From an uncultured Candidatus Rokubacteria bacterium (GTDB taxonomy: Bacteria; Methylomirabilota; Methylomirabilia; Rokubacteriales; CSP1-6), in the NCBI GenBank assembly GCA_963789955.1, contig CAWBMV010000015.1, positions 192,001 to 256,000 of the forward strand: 64,000 nucleotides of DNA. The letters run 5' to 3'. Under the pieces are notes generated by a model, which saw nothing but the letters and a program-made list of their open reading frames with translations, had not been told where the DNA came from and did not search any database. Made by a program: the position numbers and the translations under genes. This document shows positions 18,913 through 29,162 of the stretch, piece by piece; the first letter of the stretch is position 1; every line of letters starts with the position of its first letter.

Positions 18913-19818
18913 ATGCAGAAGGTCCTCGTGGTGGACGACAGTCTGAGCGTCAGGAAAGTGGTCGAGAAGGCGCTCGAGGGCCGCGGGCTTCAAGTGCTCG
19001 CCGCCGCGTCCGGCGCCGAGGCGATCCAGATGATCGATCGCGACCGGCCCGACGTCGTGATCTGCGACGTCATCCTGCCCGACAAGGACGGCTATCAGGT
19101 CTGCCAGTACGTCCGTGCGCATCCCGCCATCGGCGCGACACCGGTTCTCCTGATCTCCGGGATCGACAACGGCACCGTCCAGGCGCGGGCCGCCGAGGTG
19201 CGATCCGACGAAGTGATGTTCAAGCCGTTCGGCGTCGAGGACCTGGTGCGGAAGATCGACACCTTGCTCGCCAAACGCTCCAACGGCGTCAAGCCATCCA
19301 CCGGGCCGCCGACCCCCGCGCCGGCGTCTTTGACCGTACCGGCCTTGACCCCCGCGCCGGCGCCGACGTCTGCGCCGGCATCCGCGCCGGTGCCGATCTC
19401 TGCGCCGGCCACCACACCGGCGCCCGCACCGGCGCCCGCGGCGTTTGCGCCCGCGGCGCACGATCAAAGTCTCAAGCAGAGGCTTCAAAGCCTCGCCGGC
19501 ACGCCCGGAGTCCGCTTCGTCGTGCTCACCGATCGCGAGGGGTTTCTCATCGAGACGGCCGGGGATCTGGCGCCGGAAGCCGACGAAGTGGCCGGCGCGC
19601 TCGCGTCGTGTCTCGCCGAGGCGTCCGACGGCATCGGCCGCGAGCTCGGCCAGGGCCAGCTGGTCGGAACGATCCTCGAATACGAGGCGGGCACCTTGCT
19701 GCTGCACGGCGTGGGGCCCTCGGCGTTGCTGGCCGTCCTGGTCCGCGATCAAGGCGCGCTCGGGAAGGTGCGCTACTACGTGAGAAAAATCGTGCCGGAG
19801 CTCGCGCGGGCTCTCTGA
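18913..19818 (+). CDS. Response regulator: REC, Pro/Ala linker, roadblock/LC7 fusion
   Basis: VLVVDDS, PDVVICDVILP, FKPF; PAPAP linker; LAGTPGVRFVVLTDREGFLIE...IGRELGQGQL...LGKVRY. Confidence 0.85.
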   Translation: MQKVLVVDDSLSVRKVVEKALEGRGLQVLAAASGAEAIQMIDRDRPDVVICDVILPDKDGYQVCQYVRAHPAIGATPVLLISGIDNGTVQARAAEVRSDEVMFKPFGVEDLVRKIDTLLAKRSNGVKPSTGPPTPAPASLTVPALTPAPAPTSAPASAPVPISAPATTPAPAPAPAAFAPAAHDQSLKQRLQSLAGTPGVRFVVLTDREGFLIETAGDLAPEADEVAGALASCLAEASDGIGRELGQGQLVGTILEYEAGTLLLHGVGPSALLAVLVRDQGALGKVRYYVRKIVPELARAL

Positions 19819-22092
19819 TGGCTCTGCCGCGCGCCTCGCGAGCGAGGTTGGTCTGGGCGCTCGAGCTGTCGCTCGGACTGGAGCTCTACGCCTGCGCGGT
19901 CCTCGCCCTGCACGCGCGTGGGCTCAGGGCGACTCCACTCGACGCCTCGCTCGCGCTCGTGCTGCCCGCGCTGGTGATCCCGCCGGTGTTCTACGTGCTC
20001 GTCGCGCTGGTCATCGTGCGTCCCCTCGCGCTCGTGCCGCTGATCGGCGCCGCGGCCGCGATGTGCGGGCTTCACGGATCGCTCGTCGCGGCGACCGGGC
20101 GCACTGTTCATGATCCCCGACCTCCTCGACTACGGCGCGGCCGTCGCCTTCGCGCTCTGGGGCTCGCCGGCCGTCACACTGCTCCAGCTGACGGCGACGC
20201 CGCTCGTGTTCGCCCGTCTCCGGCCGCTGGTGTCGGCGCCCCGTCCGCCGCGCGGCGACGCACGCGATGCACGGCCCGCAGTGACGCAGCGCCGGGTCGA
20301 GGCGCCAGCGATGACCGGCGCGCCACGGCCGCTGGCGCCCGCGGAGGCGGCGGCCGCCCCCGCGCTCCACCCGAATGCGCCGGCGCCGTCTCTCCGGCCG
20401 TCCACGGCACCGCCCGTTCCCGCGACCGCATTCGTCTCGCCGCTGCGAGCGGCCGCCGGCCACTCGACCACGTCGGCTCCGTCCGCCGCGCACACGGCCG
20501 CCTCGGCGCCGTCGACACCGACTGCCGTTACCCGGTCTGTGGTGTCGCCACTTCCTGCGGCCACCCGCCAGCCGGTCGCGAAGACACCGCCTGTTGTTGC
20601 GATGGCCGAGGCGAAAAGTGCGCCCGCGACGCCGGCCGAACCCACGCGAGGGGAGGCGCCATCGAAGCGGGCGCTCGACTGGGAAGAGCCGATGATCCGA
20701 GTTCCGTTCGTCCGGATCGCGGACCAGCTCCCGGTCGAGATGTTCGCGCGCGGTCCGGAGGGCCTGAAGGACACCCTGCGGCCGGGCGTGTCGCTGCTCG
20801 TGCCGAGAAAGCTGCTCCTGCCGCATCTGGGTGACGGTCTCGCGCCCGTGAAGTGGGACGTCGTCGCCGATCAGTTCCCGCTCGACGAGCTCGCCATGAC
20901 TCACGAGGAGATCGCGGAGCGCTTGCCGGACGGCTCGCTGCTCCTGCCGCTCGACGAAGTGATACCGCAGATCCCGCCCGAGCTGCTGACGCTCTCGACG
21001 CCGCCGGTCGACGTCCATCAGATCGAAGAATTTCCCGAGCCGTTCCAGCCGCACGCTCCTGCGCAACCCGATGCCGCCGGCGAAGAGACTCCCGCGGCCC
21101 ACGTCGCCCACGTCGAGTTCGCGGAGGAGCCGGAGGCTCCGGCCAATGCCGCCGAGCACGTCGATGAGGCGGAGACGGTCGACTCCGACGTCGTGGCCGC
21201 GGATCAGTCGGTCCAGCCCGAGCTGGAAGACTCGGAGCCAGAGCGTCCGACATACCAGGCGGCTGCGCTCGCACTGCCGGAGCCGGAGCGGCATCCCGAG
21301 CCCGTCAGGAGCGATCAGGCGCGACGCATCGCGGCGCTGCTGACGCCGCTGCTGAACGGGCTGGAGATCGGCCAGCGGGATGGCGCCGGCACGACGGTCG
21401 TGACGGTGATCGCGCCGACGCTCAGCGAAGACTCCGTCGTCCGGACGGCGATGCGGATCGTGCCGTTCCTCAGCGATGCGCGCTTGCCGGAGCCGGTGAC
21501 CCAGGCCACCTTGACCGCGGCCGGCACGACGATCGTGCTGACTCCGTTCGGGTCGCCCGACACCGGTGGCGCGCTCCTCGTGACGGCCGTGGCCTCGCGC
21601 GCGGGACTGGCCTGGCTGGAGCGCCTCTCGCGGACCGCGGCGCGCGAGGCGCAGATCGAGGCCGGCAACGGCAAGCACACGGGCCCCGAGAACGACTCCG
21701 GCGCTGGGCCGGAGCTGCGCGCGGCCATCGTGCCCCCCGGCGTGCGCGAGCTGGCCGACTCCTTGACGGCGTTCGGCACGGTGGCGCCGACCCTGCTGCG
21801 CGACCGGGCCGGGGCGCTCAGCGCGTGTCTGTTCCTTCCGACCTCACTCGATGCGGTCCCGCTGGCGAGGTTTGCGCGCGACCTGCACGCGGCCCTCGAG
21901 GGCACCGAGATCGGCCGGATCGCATCCGTCATCCTGAAGCTCGGTAGCCATCGGGTCGTGCTGCGCGCGATGGACGGCGTGTCCGGCACCGTGACGATGC
22001 TGGTCGGCGGCGGGCGAATCGATCGGCCGGGGCTGGCGCGGATCGAGCTCGACCGGGCCGCGACGCGGCTCGAGGCCCTGGTGGGAGGCTGA
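19818..22092 (+). CDS. Large membrane-anchored protein: about 4 TM helices, Pro-rich linker, LPxxxI/VxxQ(L/F/I)P repeats, acidic linker, two degenerate roadblock-like C-terminal domains; frameshift near 20098
   Basis: Hydrophobic N-terminus in ORF 19608..20834 from ATG19818, continued in ORF 20110..22092; C-terminal RAGLAWLERL and RPGLARIEL roadblock-like ends. Confidence 0.65.
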
Positions 22093-22095
22093 GCC

Positions 22096-22713
22096 ATGTC
22101 GGTGATCAACTACGCGAACCGGGTCATCGATTTCAAGATCGTCTACTACGGGCCCGGCATGGCCGGGAAGACGGCCAACCTGCAGTACATTCACCGCTGT
22201 CTGCCGAACGCCAATCGAGGGAACATGATCTCCCTCGCGACCGGCGACGACCGGACCATCTACTTCGACTTCCTGCCGGTGTCGGCGCTCACCGTGCGCG
22301 GATTCAAAACGCGCTTTCAGCTCTACACGGTGCCCGGTCAGGTCCAGTACAACGCGACGCGACGGCTGGTGCTGCGCGGCGCCGACGGCCTGGTGTTCGT
22401 GGCCGACTCCCAGTTCGAGCGTCTGCGCGAGAACGTGGAGAGCTTCCGGAATCTGGAGACGAATCTCCGCGAGTACGAGTCGACGCTCGACGAGATCCCG
22501 TACGTGCTCCAGTACAACAAGCGCGATCTGCCGAACCTGGCGCCGCTGACCTATCTCGAGTTCGTGCTCAATCGGCGGGCGTCGCGCGTGCCGTTCTTCG
22601 AGGCGTCGGCCATCGATGGCAAGGGGGTCTTCGACACACTCAACACCGTGTCGCGTATGGCGCTCGCGAGCGAGTTCGGCGTCGGACGGGAGAAGCGCAA
22701 TGAAGCCTCGTAA
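22096..22713 (+). CDS. mglA: MglA-family Ras-like small GTPase
   Basis: KIVYYGPGMAGKTANL, DDRTIYFDF, QLYTVPGQ, GADGLVFVADSQ, QYNKRDLP. Confidence 0.95.
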   Translation: MSVINYANRVIDFKIVYYGPGMAGKTANLQYIHRCLPNANRGNMISLATGDDRTIYFDFLPVSALTVRGFKTRFQLYTVPGQVQYNATRRLVLRGADGLVFVADSQFERLRENVESFRNLETNLREYESTLDEIPYVLQYNKRDLPNLAPLTYLEFVLNRRASRVPFFEASAIDGKGVFDTLNTVSRMALASEFGVGREKRNEAS

Positions 22714-23182
22714 TACGGTCATCCAGCAGCAGGACGCGGCGCGGATTCACGAGATCCTGTCGCGCTTCCTCGGCGACTCGAGCGCCGCCGAAGCCCTTCT
22801 GATCGACCGCGGCGGCCAGCTCCTGGCGATGGACGGTGACGCCCAGGCGCTCGACGCGGTGTCGATCTCGGCGCTGGCGGCCGCCGCCTTCAGCTCCACC
22901 GCCGCGATGGCCCAGCTGCTCGGCGAGCCCGAGTTCAGCGTGCTGTTCCACGAGGGCACCAAGCGCTCGATCCACGTCTCGACGGTGGACGACGAGGCCA
23001 TCCTGCTCGCGATCTTCGACGAGCGGACCACGGTGGGCATGGTGCGGCTGTTCGCCACCGAGGCGAGCCGCGCCGTCGGTGCGGTGCTGGGCGAGGCCCG
23101 CGCCCGCCCGAAGCCCCAGGCCGAATTCGCCGCTCCGCTGAACGACGCCGAGTCGCGCGCCGCGTGGACACCCCCGAGCTGA
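22700..23182 (+). CDS. mglB: MglB-family roadblock protein (MglA GAP)
   Basis: ALLIDRGGQLL...SISALAAAAF...LLGEPEFSVLFHEG...IFDERTTVGMVRL. Confidence 0.92.
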   Translation: MKPRNTVIQQQDAARIHEILSRFLGDSSAAEALLIDRGGQLLAMDGDAQALDAVSISALAAAAFSSTAAMAQLLGEPEFSVLFHEGTKRSIHVSTVDDEAILLAIFDERTTVGMVRLFATEASRAVGAVLGEARARPKPQAEFAAPLNDAESRAAWTPPS

Positions 23183-23183
23183 T

Positions 23184-23950
23184 ATGCGGCAGGTGCGAGT
23201 CGGCGGACGCTATGACGAAAGCCGCGAGCAGCGGCTGTGGGCGGCGCTCCTCGGGCTGATCGCGCTCGCGACCGTGGGCATCGCGGTCGTCATCTGCGAT
23301 GCCGGCAGCGGATTCTGCCATCCGACCCTGCTGCGGCTGGGCGCCGGGTTCATCGCCGTCGTGATCGCGGTCCGGCTGGGCCGGCCCGTGACGCGACGGC
23401 TGCGAAGCGTGCGTAACGGCCGTCGGGGCGAGCGCCTGGTCGCCGATCTCCTGCGCGGCCTACCGGACGACTACTGGCTCGTCAACGACGTGTCGCTGGG
23501 ATTGGCGCGCGGCACCATCGATCACGTGCTGATCGGGCCATGCGGCGTCGTCGTGATCGATACGAAAGATCTCGCGGGCCACATCCGATGCTGGGAGAAC
23601 AGCTGGTCCGTCAACGGATATCGCCAGGCCGACATCAGCCAGCGCGTCAACTCCTGGGCGTGCGCCGTCCGATACTTCCTGAGCGAAAAGCACCCGGACC
23701 TGGCCGACCTCGGCGCTCCGGTGGGTGGAGTCGGTGGTCGTGTTCACCCATCCGCTCTGCCACGTCGAAGCGAGTGACACGCGGGCCGACGGTCGTCCGC
23801 TACTCCCAGCTGTATCAAGCGGTGGTCGAGCTCTCGCGCAAGCATCACATGGCGTCGTCGACGGCGAGCCTGCTCGCACGGACCCTGGCGAAGTCGCAGG
23901 CGGACGACGGCGCCGTGGTCGAGGGCGATCCTCTCACATCCGTGTCTTGA
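23184..23950 (+). CDS. Membrane-anchored NERD (nuclease-related) domain protein; frameshifts near 23715 and 23785
   Basis: Two TM helices then GRRGERLV...[11 protein letters not shown]...[17 protein letters not shown]. Confidence 0.8.
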
Positions 23951-25164
23951 TCCGCTCGATCGCCTCTTCGGTCTGCGCGCGTGAGCCGAACGCGGTGAGC
24001 CGGAAATAGCCCTCGCCGCTCGGCCCGAAGCCGGCGCCCGGCGCGCCGACCACATTCGCTCGCTCGAGCACCCGATCGAAGAAATCCCAGGACGCGACCG
24101 AGCGCGGCGTGCGGAGCCAGATGTACGGCGCGTTGCGGCCGCCGTAGACGGTGAAGCCCGCGGCCGCGAGCCCGGCGCCGATGATCCGCGCGTTCTCCAT
24201 GTAGAAGTCGATCAGCGCCCGCACTTGCTTCTGCCCCTCGGGCGTGAAGACGGCCGCCGCGGCCTTCTGGATGATGTAGGGCGGCCCGTTGGATTTCATC
24301 GCCGTCCGGCGAGTCCAGAGCGCGTTGAGGGTCATCGTCTTGCCGTCGGCGGCCCGCCCCCGCAGCTCCTTCGGCACGATCGTGTAGGCCAGGCGCATCC
24401 CCGTGAAGCCGGCGTTCTTCGAGAAGCTGCGGCACTCGATCGCGACCTCGCGCGCGCCGTCGATCTCGTAGATCGAGTGCGGAACCTCCGGGTCGACGAT
24501 GTAACCCTCGTAGGCGGCGTCGTACAGGATGACGGCATCCTCCGCGCGCGCGTACTCGACCCAGCGGGCGAGCGCCTCGCGCGTCGCCACGGCACCGGTC
24601 GGGTTGTTCGGATAGCAGAGGTAGATCAGATCCACGTGCCGGTCGGGCAGCGCCGGCTGGAAGCTGTTCTCGGCGGTGCAGGGCAGGTAGACGATGCCCG
24701 CGTAGCGGCCCGCTCTCGTCGGCGCGCCCGCTGCGCCCGGCGACGACGTTGCTGTCGGCATAGACGGGGTAGACCGGATCCATGAGCGCGACGACGCAGT
24801 CCTGCGCGAAGATCTCCTGGAGGTTCGCGCTGTCGCTCTTGCCGCCGTCGCTCACGAAGACCTCGTCGACGGCGATCTTCACGCCGCGCGAGCCGAAGTC
24901 GTGGGCCGCGATGTCGGCGCGCAGGAACTCGTAGCCGACGTACGGGCCGTAGCCCTTGAAGGTCTCGCGCCGCGCCATGTCGTCCGCGGCCTCGTGGATC
25001 GCGCGAACGACGGCCGGCGGCAGGGGCTGGGTCACGTCGCCGACGCCCAGGTCGACCAGGCGAACGTCGGGGTGCGCGTCGGTGAACACCTTCGTCCGGC
25101 GCCGGATCTCGGCGAAGAGATAGCTCTGATTGAGGTTCAGGTAGAACTCGTTGAATCGCGGCAC
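23934..25164 (-). CDS. dapL: LL-diaminopimelate aminotransferase; frameshift near 24710
   Basis: [64 protein letters not shown]. Confidence 0.95.
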
Positions 25165-25228
25165 GGCGTTCTCCCGTGCGGATTCTAACAGAGGTGCCGG
25201 GCCGGACTCGTCGCCGACGTCCGAACGC

Positions 25229-26478
25229 CTACCAGCGCCCGAACGTGTTCACGAGCCCGAGCCACAATGCGCCGAGCTCGGCCCCCATCGGTTCATTGCC
25301 GATCGAGGCGGTCTTGGCCACGGCGGTATGTACGAGAACCAACTTTAGTTCAGGATCAACGTAGATCGACTGGCCATACACCCCGCGCATCAGGAAGCGC
25401 CTTTTCTCGCCCCGCAGTATCCAGAACTGATATCCGTACCCGTTGGCCGGGGGCGACATCGTGGGCGCAAACGCCGTCGGATGCTTGTGCCAATCCGTAG
25501 CTTCGAGGAGATAGTCTCTGGGAATGATCTGCTTGCCGTTCAGCGCGCCGTCATTCGCCAGCAGCATCCCCAGTCGGCCCCAGTCCCGCAGCGTCGCACT
25601 GAAGAATCCAGCGCCCCGCTCGAGACCGTCGGCGGCGGTGATCCATGTCGCGTCAGCCTCGGCGCCCATGGGTTGCCACAACCTTTTCGCGAGATATTCG
25701 GAAGCCGTCTTGCCGGTGGCCGCACGCAGCACAACGGTCAAGACCTGCGTCTCGATCGACGCGTAGTGAAAGCGCTCGCCTTCGGGCGCTTGCGCGTGTA
25801 TTGAAGGCCAGGACCGCGGCGATGCTGCCCTTGGTGCCGTGCAGCAGCGCGAACTTTGCGGCATCGTCACTCCGACCAAGGTTGTCTTCGGTGAATCGCG
25901 CACCGGAGGCCATGCGTAGCAGATTCCGAATTGCCGTGTGGCCGTAGATATTCCCCCGGAGTTCGGGCACATATTCGACGACCTTGTCGTCCAGCGAGCG
26001 GAGACGATGTTTCCGACAACGCCAACCCGATTCCAATGCTGATCAGCGACTTGGCCATCGAATTGGATAACAGTCGGTCCGGGGGTTTCCGATCGTACTG
26101 ATAGCGCTCGACGAGAATCTGACCGTCTTTGATCACGAGCAGCCCGGTGGCCCGTTGGTGCGCGAGGTAGTCATCGATCGTATGGGTACGTCCGCCAAAG
26201 CGGTACTGCAGCGCCGGTTCGGCTGCCGCGCTGTTCAGCGGCAATGGATTCTCGGCCTTGCGCAAGATGTGATGTTGATTCGGAAACAGCTTGTCCAGAT
26301 TCGTGTACGAGCCGACCCGGACAGAATCATCGAGATACCAGTTCGCGCGCGTCCCCATGGGATAGCCTTTGGACTTGCCCAGAAGCTCCTCATCGGGCGC
26401 CGCGGTGGCGACGCGGAAACAGCACAGACCGGTCGCGACGACTGCGACGAGCATGGTGAGAGAGTGTGCCACGGTCAT
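25229..26478 (-). CDS. Exported serine hydrolase (beta-lactamase / NylB-like family); frameshifted
   Basis: SMAKS SxxK motif, FHYASIET, LWQPMGAE, GYGYQFW, GVYGQSIYVDP; signal peptide. Confidence 0.85.
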
Positions 26479-26622
26479 CGGACGGCGAACTTGGGGCACG
26501 ACGCTGTCCCCCGTGGATTCTAGCAGAGTGCCCGGACGGGACTCGTCGCCTTGCGCGGCCACGCTCGATCGTATAAGTTGGCGGCGCGATCGAAGCGCGA
26601 ATCGCCCGAACGGAGGCGCTCG

Positions 26623-28185
26623 ATGAGGACTGGTGCGGTGTTGCGTCGGATCGTGGTCGCGATCATCGGTCTCCTCGGCCCGGCGCTCGCGGCTTCGGCG
26701 CAGCCCGCCGGAACGCTCGTCGTCGGTCTCGTGGCCGAGCCGGTGAATCTCGACCCGGCCCAGGTGACCGACCTCAACTCCAACCGGGTCGGCCGCCGCA
26801 TCGTCGAGACGCTCGTGACGTTCCCCGAGGAGAGCACGCAGGTCGTGCCGGGCCTGGCCGAGTCGTGGACCATCTCGAAGGACGGCCTGCGCTACACCTT
26901 CAAGCTTCGCAAGGGCGTCACCTTTCACGACGGCACGCCCTTCAACGCCGAGGCCGTGAAGTTCTCCATCGATCGGCAGTTCGATCCCGAGCACCCGGCC
27001 AACAAGCTCGGCAAGTATCCATTCGCCAACTATTTCTTCGGCAACGTGAAGGCGGTCGAGGTCGTCGACCCGTCGACGGTCGAGTTCGTACTGAAGGAGC
27101 CGCGCGCGTCGTTCCTGACGATCATGACGCAAGCGGCGACGTCGATCGTCAGCCCGACGGCCGTGAAGAAGTCCGGCGCCGACTACGCGCTGCAGCCCGT
27201 CGGCACGGGGCCGTTCAAGTACGTGTCGTGGGATCGCGGTCAGCGCGTGGTGCTGGAGAAGAACCCGAGCTACTGGCGCTATCCGGTGAAGGTCGACCGC
27301 GTCGTCTACCGGCCGATCGTCGAGGGCCAGGCGCGGCTGACCGAGCTCCTGACCGGCTCGCTCGATCTCATCGTCGACGTGCCGCCCGATTTCGTCGGGC
27401 AGCTCGAGCAGAGCCCGAAGACGACCTTGCTCAAGCAGGTCGGCGCCCACGTCTGGTATCTGGGCATCAACAACCAGAAGAAGCCGTTCGACGACAAGCG
27501 TGTGCGCCAGGCGCTGAACTACGCGGTCAACAAGGAAGCGATCGTGCGCGACGTCCTCAAGGGCACGGGCTCGCTCTCGCGGGGTCCGGTGCTGCCGGCC
27601 ACGTGGGGCGCCGATGCCGGGCTCAAGCCCTATCCCTACGATCCGGAGCGCGCGAAGAAGCTCCTGGCCGAAGCCGGCTACCCGAGTGGCTTCTCGACCA
27701 CGCTCTGGGTGCCGGAATCGGGCTCGGGGATGCAGTCGCCGGTTCCGATGTCGACCGTGATCCAGTCGAACCTCAAAGCTGTCGGCGTGACGGTCGCGCT
27801 GCAGACGATGGAGTGGGGCGCGTATCTCGCGAAGCTCCGGACGAAGGAGCAGGAGCTCTTCGCGCTCTCGTGGATGGCGGGCAACGAGGATCCCGACATG
27901 GTGATGTACCCGCTGCTCCACTCGAGCCAGTGGACGCCGGCCGGCCCGAATCGCGCGCTCTACAAGAACGAGCGCTTCGACGAGCTCCTGCACCAGGCGC
28001 GGCTGACGACCGACCAGGGCAAGCGCGCCGCGCTCTATCGCGAAGCCCAGCGCATTCTCGTCGACGATCCGCCGTGGATCTTCATCGACCACGAGATCCA
28101 GACCGCCGCCCATACCAAACGGGTCCAGGGGTTCAAGCTCCACCCGAGCTTCGACCTCCGCGTCGAGACGATCTCGCTGAAGTGA
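26623..28185 (+). CDS. Peptide/nickel ABC transporter substrate-binding protein (DppA-like)
   Basis: PGLAESWTISKDGLRYTFKLRKGVTFHDG, PVGTGPFK, VRQALNYAVN, YDPERAKKLLAEAG. Confidence 0.95.
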   Translation: MRTGAVLRRIVVAIIGLLGPALAASAQPAGTLVVGLVAEPVNLDPAQVTDLNSNRVGRRIVETLVTFPEESTQVVPGLAESWTISKDGLRYTFKLRKGVTFHDGTPFNAEAVKFSIDRQFDPEHPANKLGKYPFANYFFGNVKAVEVVDPSTVEFVLKEPRASFLTIMTQAATSIVSPTAVKKSGADYALQPVGTGPFKYVSWDRGQRVVLEKNPSYWRYPVKVDRVVYRPIVEGQARLTELLTGSLDLIVDVPPDFVGQLEQSPKTTLLKQVGAHVWYLGINNQKKPFDDKRVRQALNYAVNKEAIVRDVLKGTGSLSRGPVLPATWGADAGLKPYPYDPERAKKLLAEAGYPSGFSTTLWVPESGSGMQSPVPMSTVIQSNLKAVGVTVALQTMEWGAYLAKLRTKEQELFALSWMAGNEDPDMVMYPLLHSSQWTPAGPNRALYKNERFDELLHQARLTTDQGKRAALYREAQRILVDDPPWIFIDHEIQTAAHTKRVQGFKLHPSFDLRVETISLK

Positions 28186-28198
28186 GGTTCTCCAGGCG

Positions 28199-29149
28199 GT
28201 GAGGCGATACGTCGTCCGCCGTCTGCTGCTGCTCGTGCCGGTCCTGCTGGGCGTCTCGATCATCATCTTCATGGTCTTGCACCTGGCGCCGGGCGACCCG
28301 GCCGAGATCATGCTCGGCTCCCAGGCGACCCAGGCCGACCTCGAGCGCCTGCGCGCCGAGCTCGGCCTGACCCAGCCGCTCTACGTGCAGTACGTCCACT
28401 GGCTCGGTCTCGTGGCGCGCGGTGATCTGGGACGGTCGATCTGGATGAAACGGCCGGTACTGGCCGAAGTGCTCGTGCGCTTCAAGGCGACGCTCGTGCT
28501 CACCGGTGCCGCCCTCGTGCTCTCGACCGCGGGAGGCCTGGCGCTCGGCATCACCTCCGCGATCCGGCCGAACTCGCTGCTCGACCGGCTGAGCGCGGTG
28601 GCCTCGCTCTTCGGCGCCAGCATGCCGGTCTTCTGGCTCGGCATCGTGCTGATGGTGATCTTCGCGCTCTGGCTCGGCTGGCTGCCCGCCTCGGGCATGT
28701 TCGCGCCGTACGGCGGAGGGGATCTCCGAGACTTGCTCGTTCACCTGGCGCTGCCCGCGGTCACCCTGGCGGCGGCGTCGGTCACGATCATCGCGCGTCT
28801 CACGCGCAGCACCATGCTCGAGACCCTGGGGCAGGACTACATCCGGACGGCGCGTGCGAAGGGAGTCGTGGAGCGCGCGGTGGTGTTGCGCCACGGGCTC
28901 AAGAACGCGTTGATTCCGATCGTCACCGTCGTGGGCGTGCAGGCCGGCTATCTGCTGGGCGGTGCCGTCCTCACCGAGACGGTGTTTGCCTGGCCCGGCG
29001 TCGGCACGTTGATGATCCAGGGGATTCTCGCGCGCGATTTTCCGCTGGTGCAGGGATGCGTGCTGGTGGTCGCGCTGAGCTTCGTCGTCATCAATCTGGC
29101 CGTCGATCTCTTGTACGCGTGGCTCGATCCACGCATCCGCTACGAGTGA
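28199..29149 (+). CDS. Peptide ABC transporter permease (DppB-like)
   Basis: PGDPA, RLTRSTMLE..DYIRTARAKG, ETVFAWPG, DPRIRY. Confidence 0.95.
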   Translation: MRRYVVRRLLLLVPVLLGVSIIIFMVLHLAPGDPAEIMLGSQATQADLERLRAELGLTQPLYVQYVHWLGLVARGDLGRSIWMKRPVLAEVLVRFKATLVLTGAALVLSTAGGLALGITSAIRPNSLLDRLSAVASLFGASMPVFWLGIVLMVIFALWLGWLPASGMFAPYGGGDLRDLLVHLALPAVTLAAASVTIIARLTRSTMLETLGQDYIRTARAKGVVERAVVLRHGLKNALIPIVTVVGVQAGYLLGGAVLTETVFAWPGVGTLMIQGILARDFPLVQGCVLVVALSFVVINLAVDLLYAWLDPRIRYE

Positions 29150-29162
29150 TGGCGGCCGGACG

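Noticed and set aside
23184..23950. NERD (and DUF2161 at 54968-55706) as anti-phage defence systems
   Set aside because: Each is a single gene with no defence-island or mobile-element context in the window.
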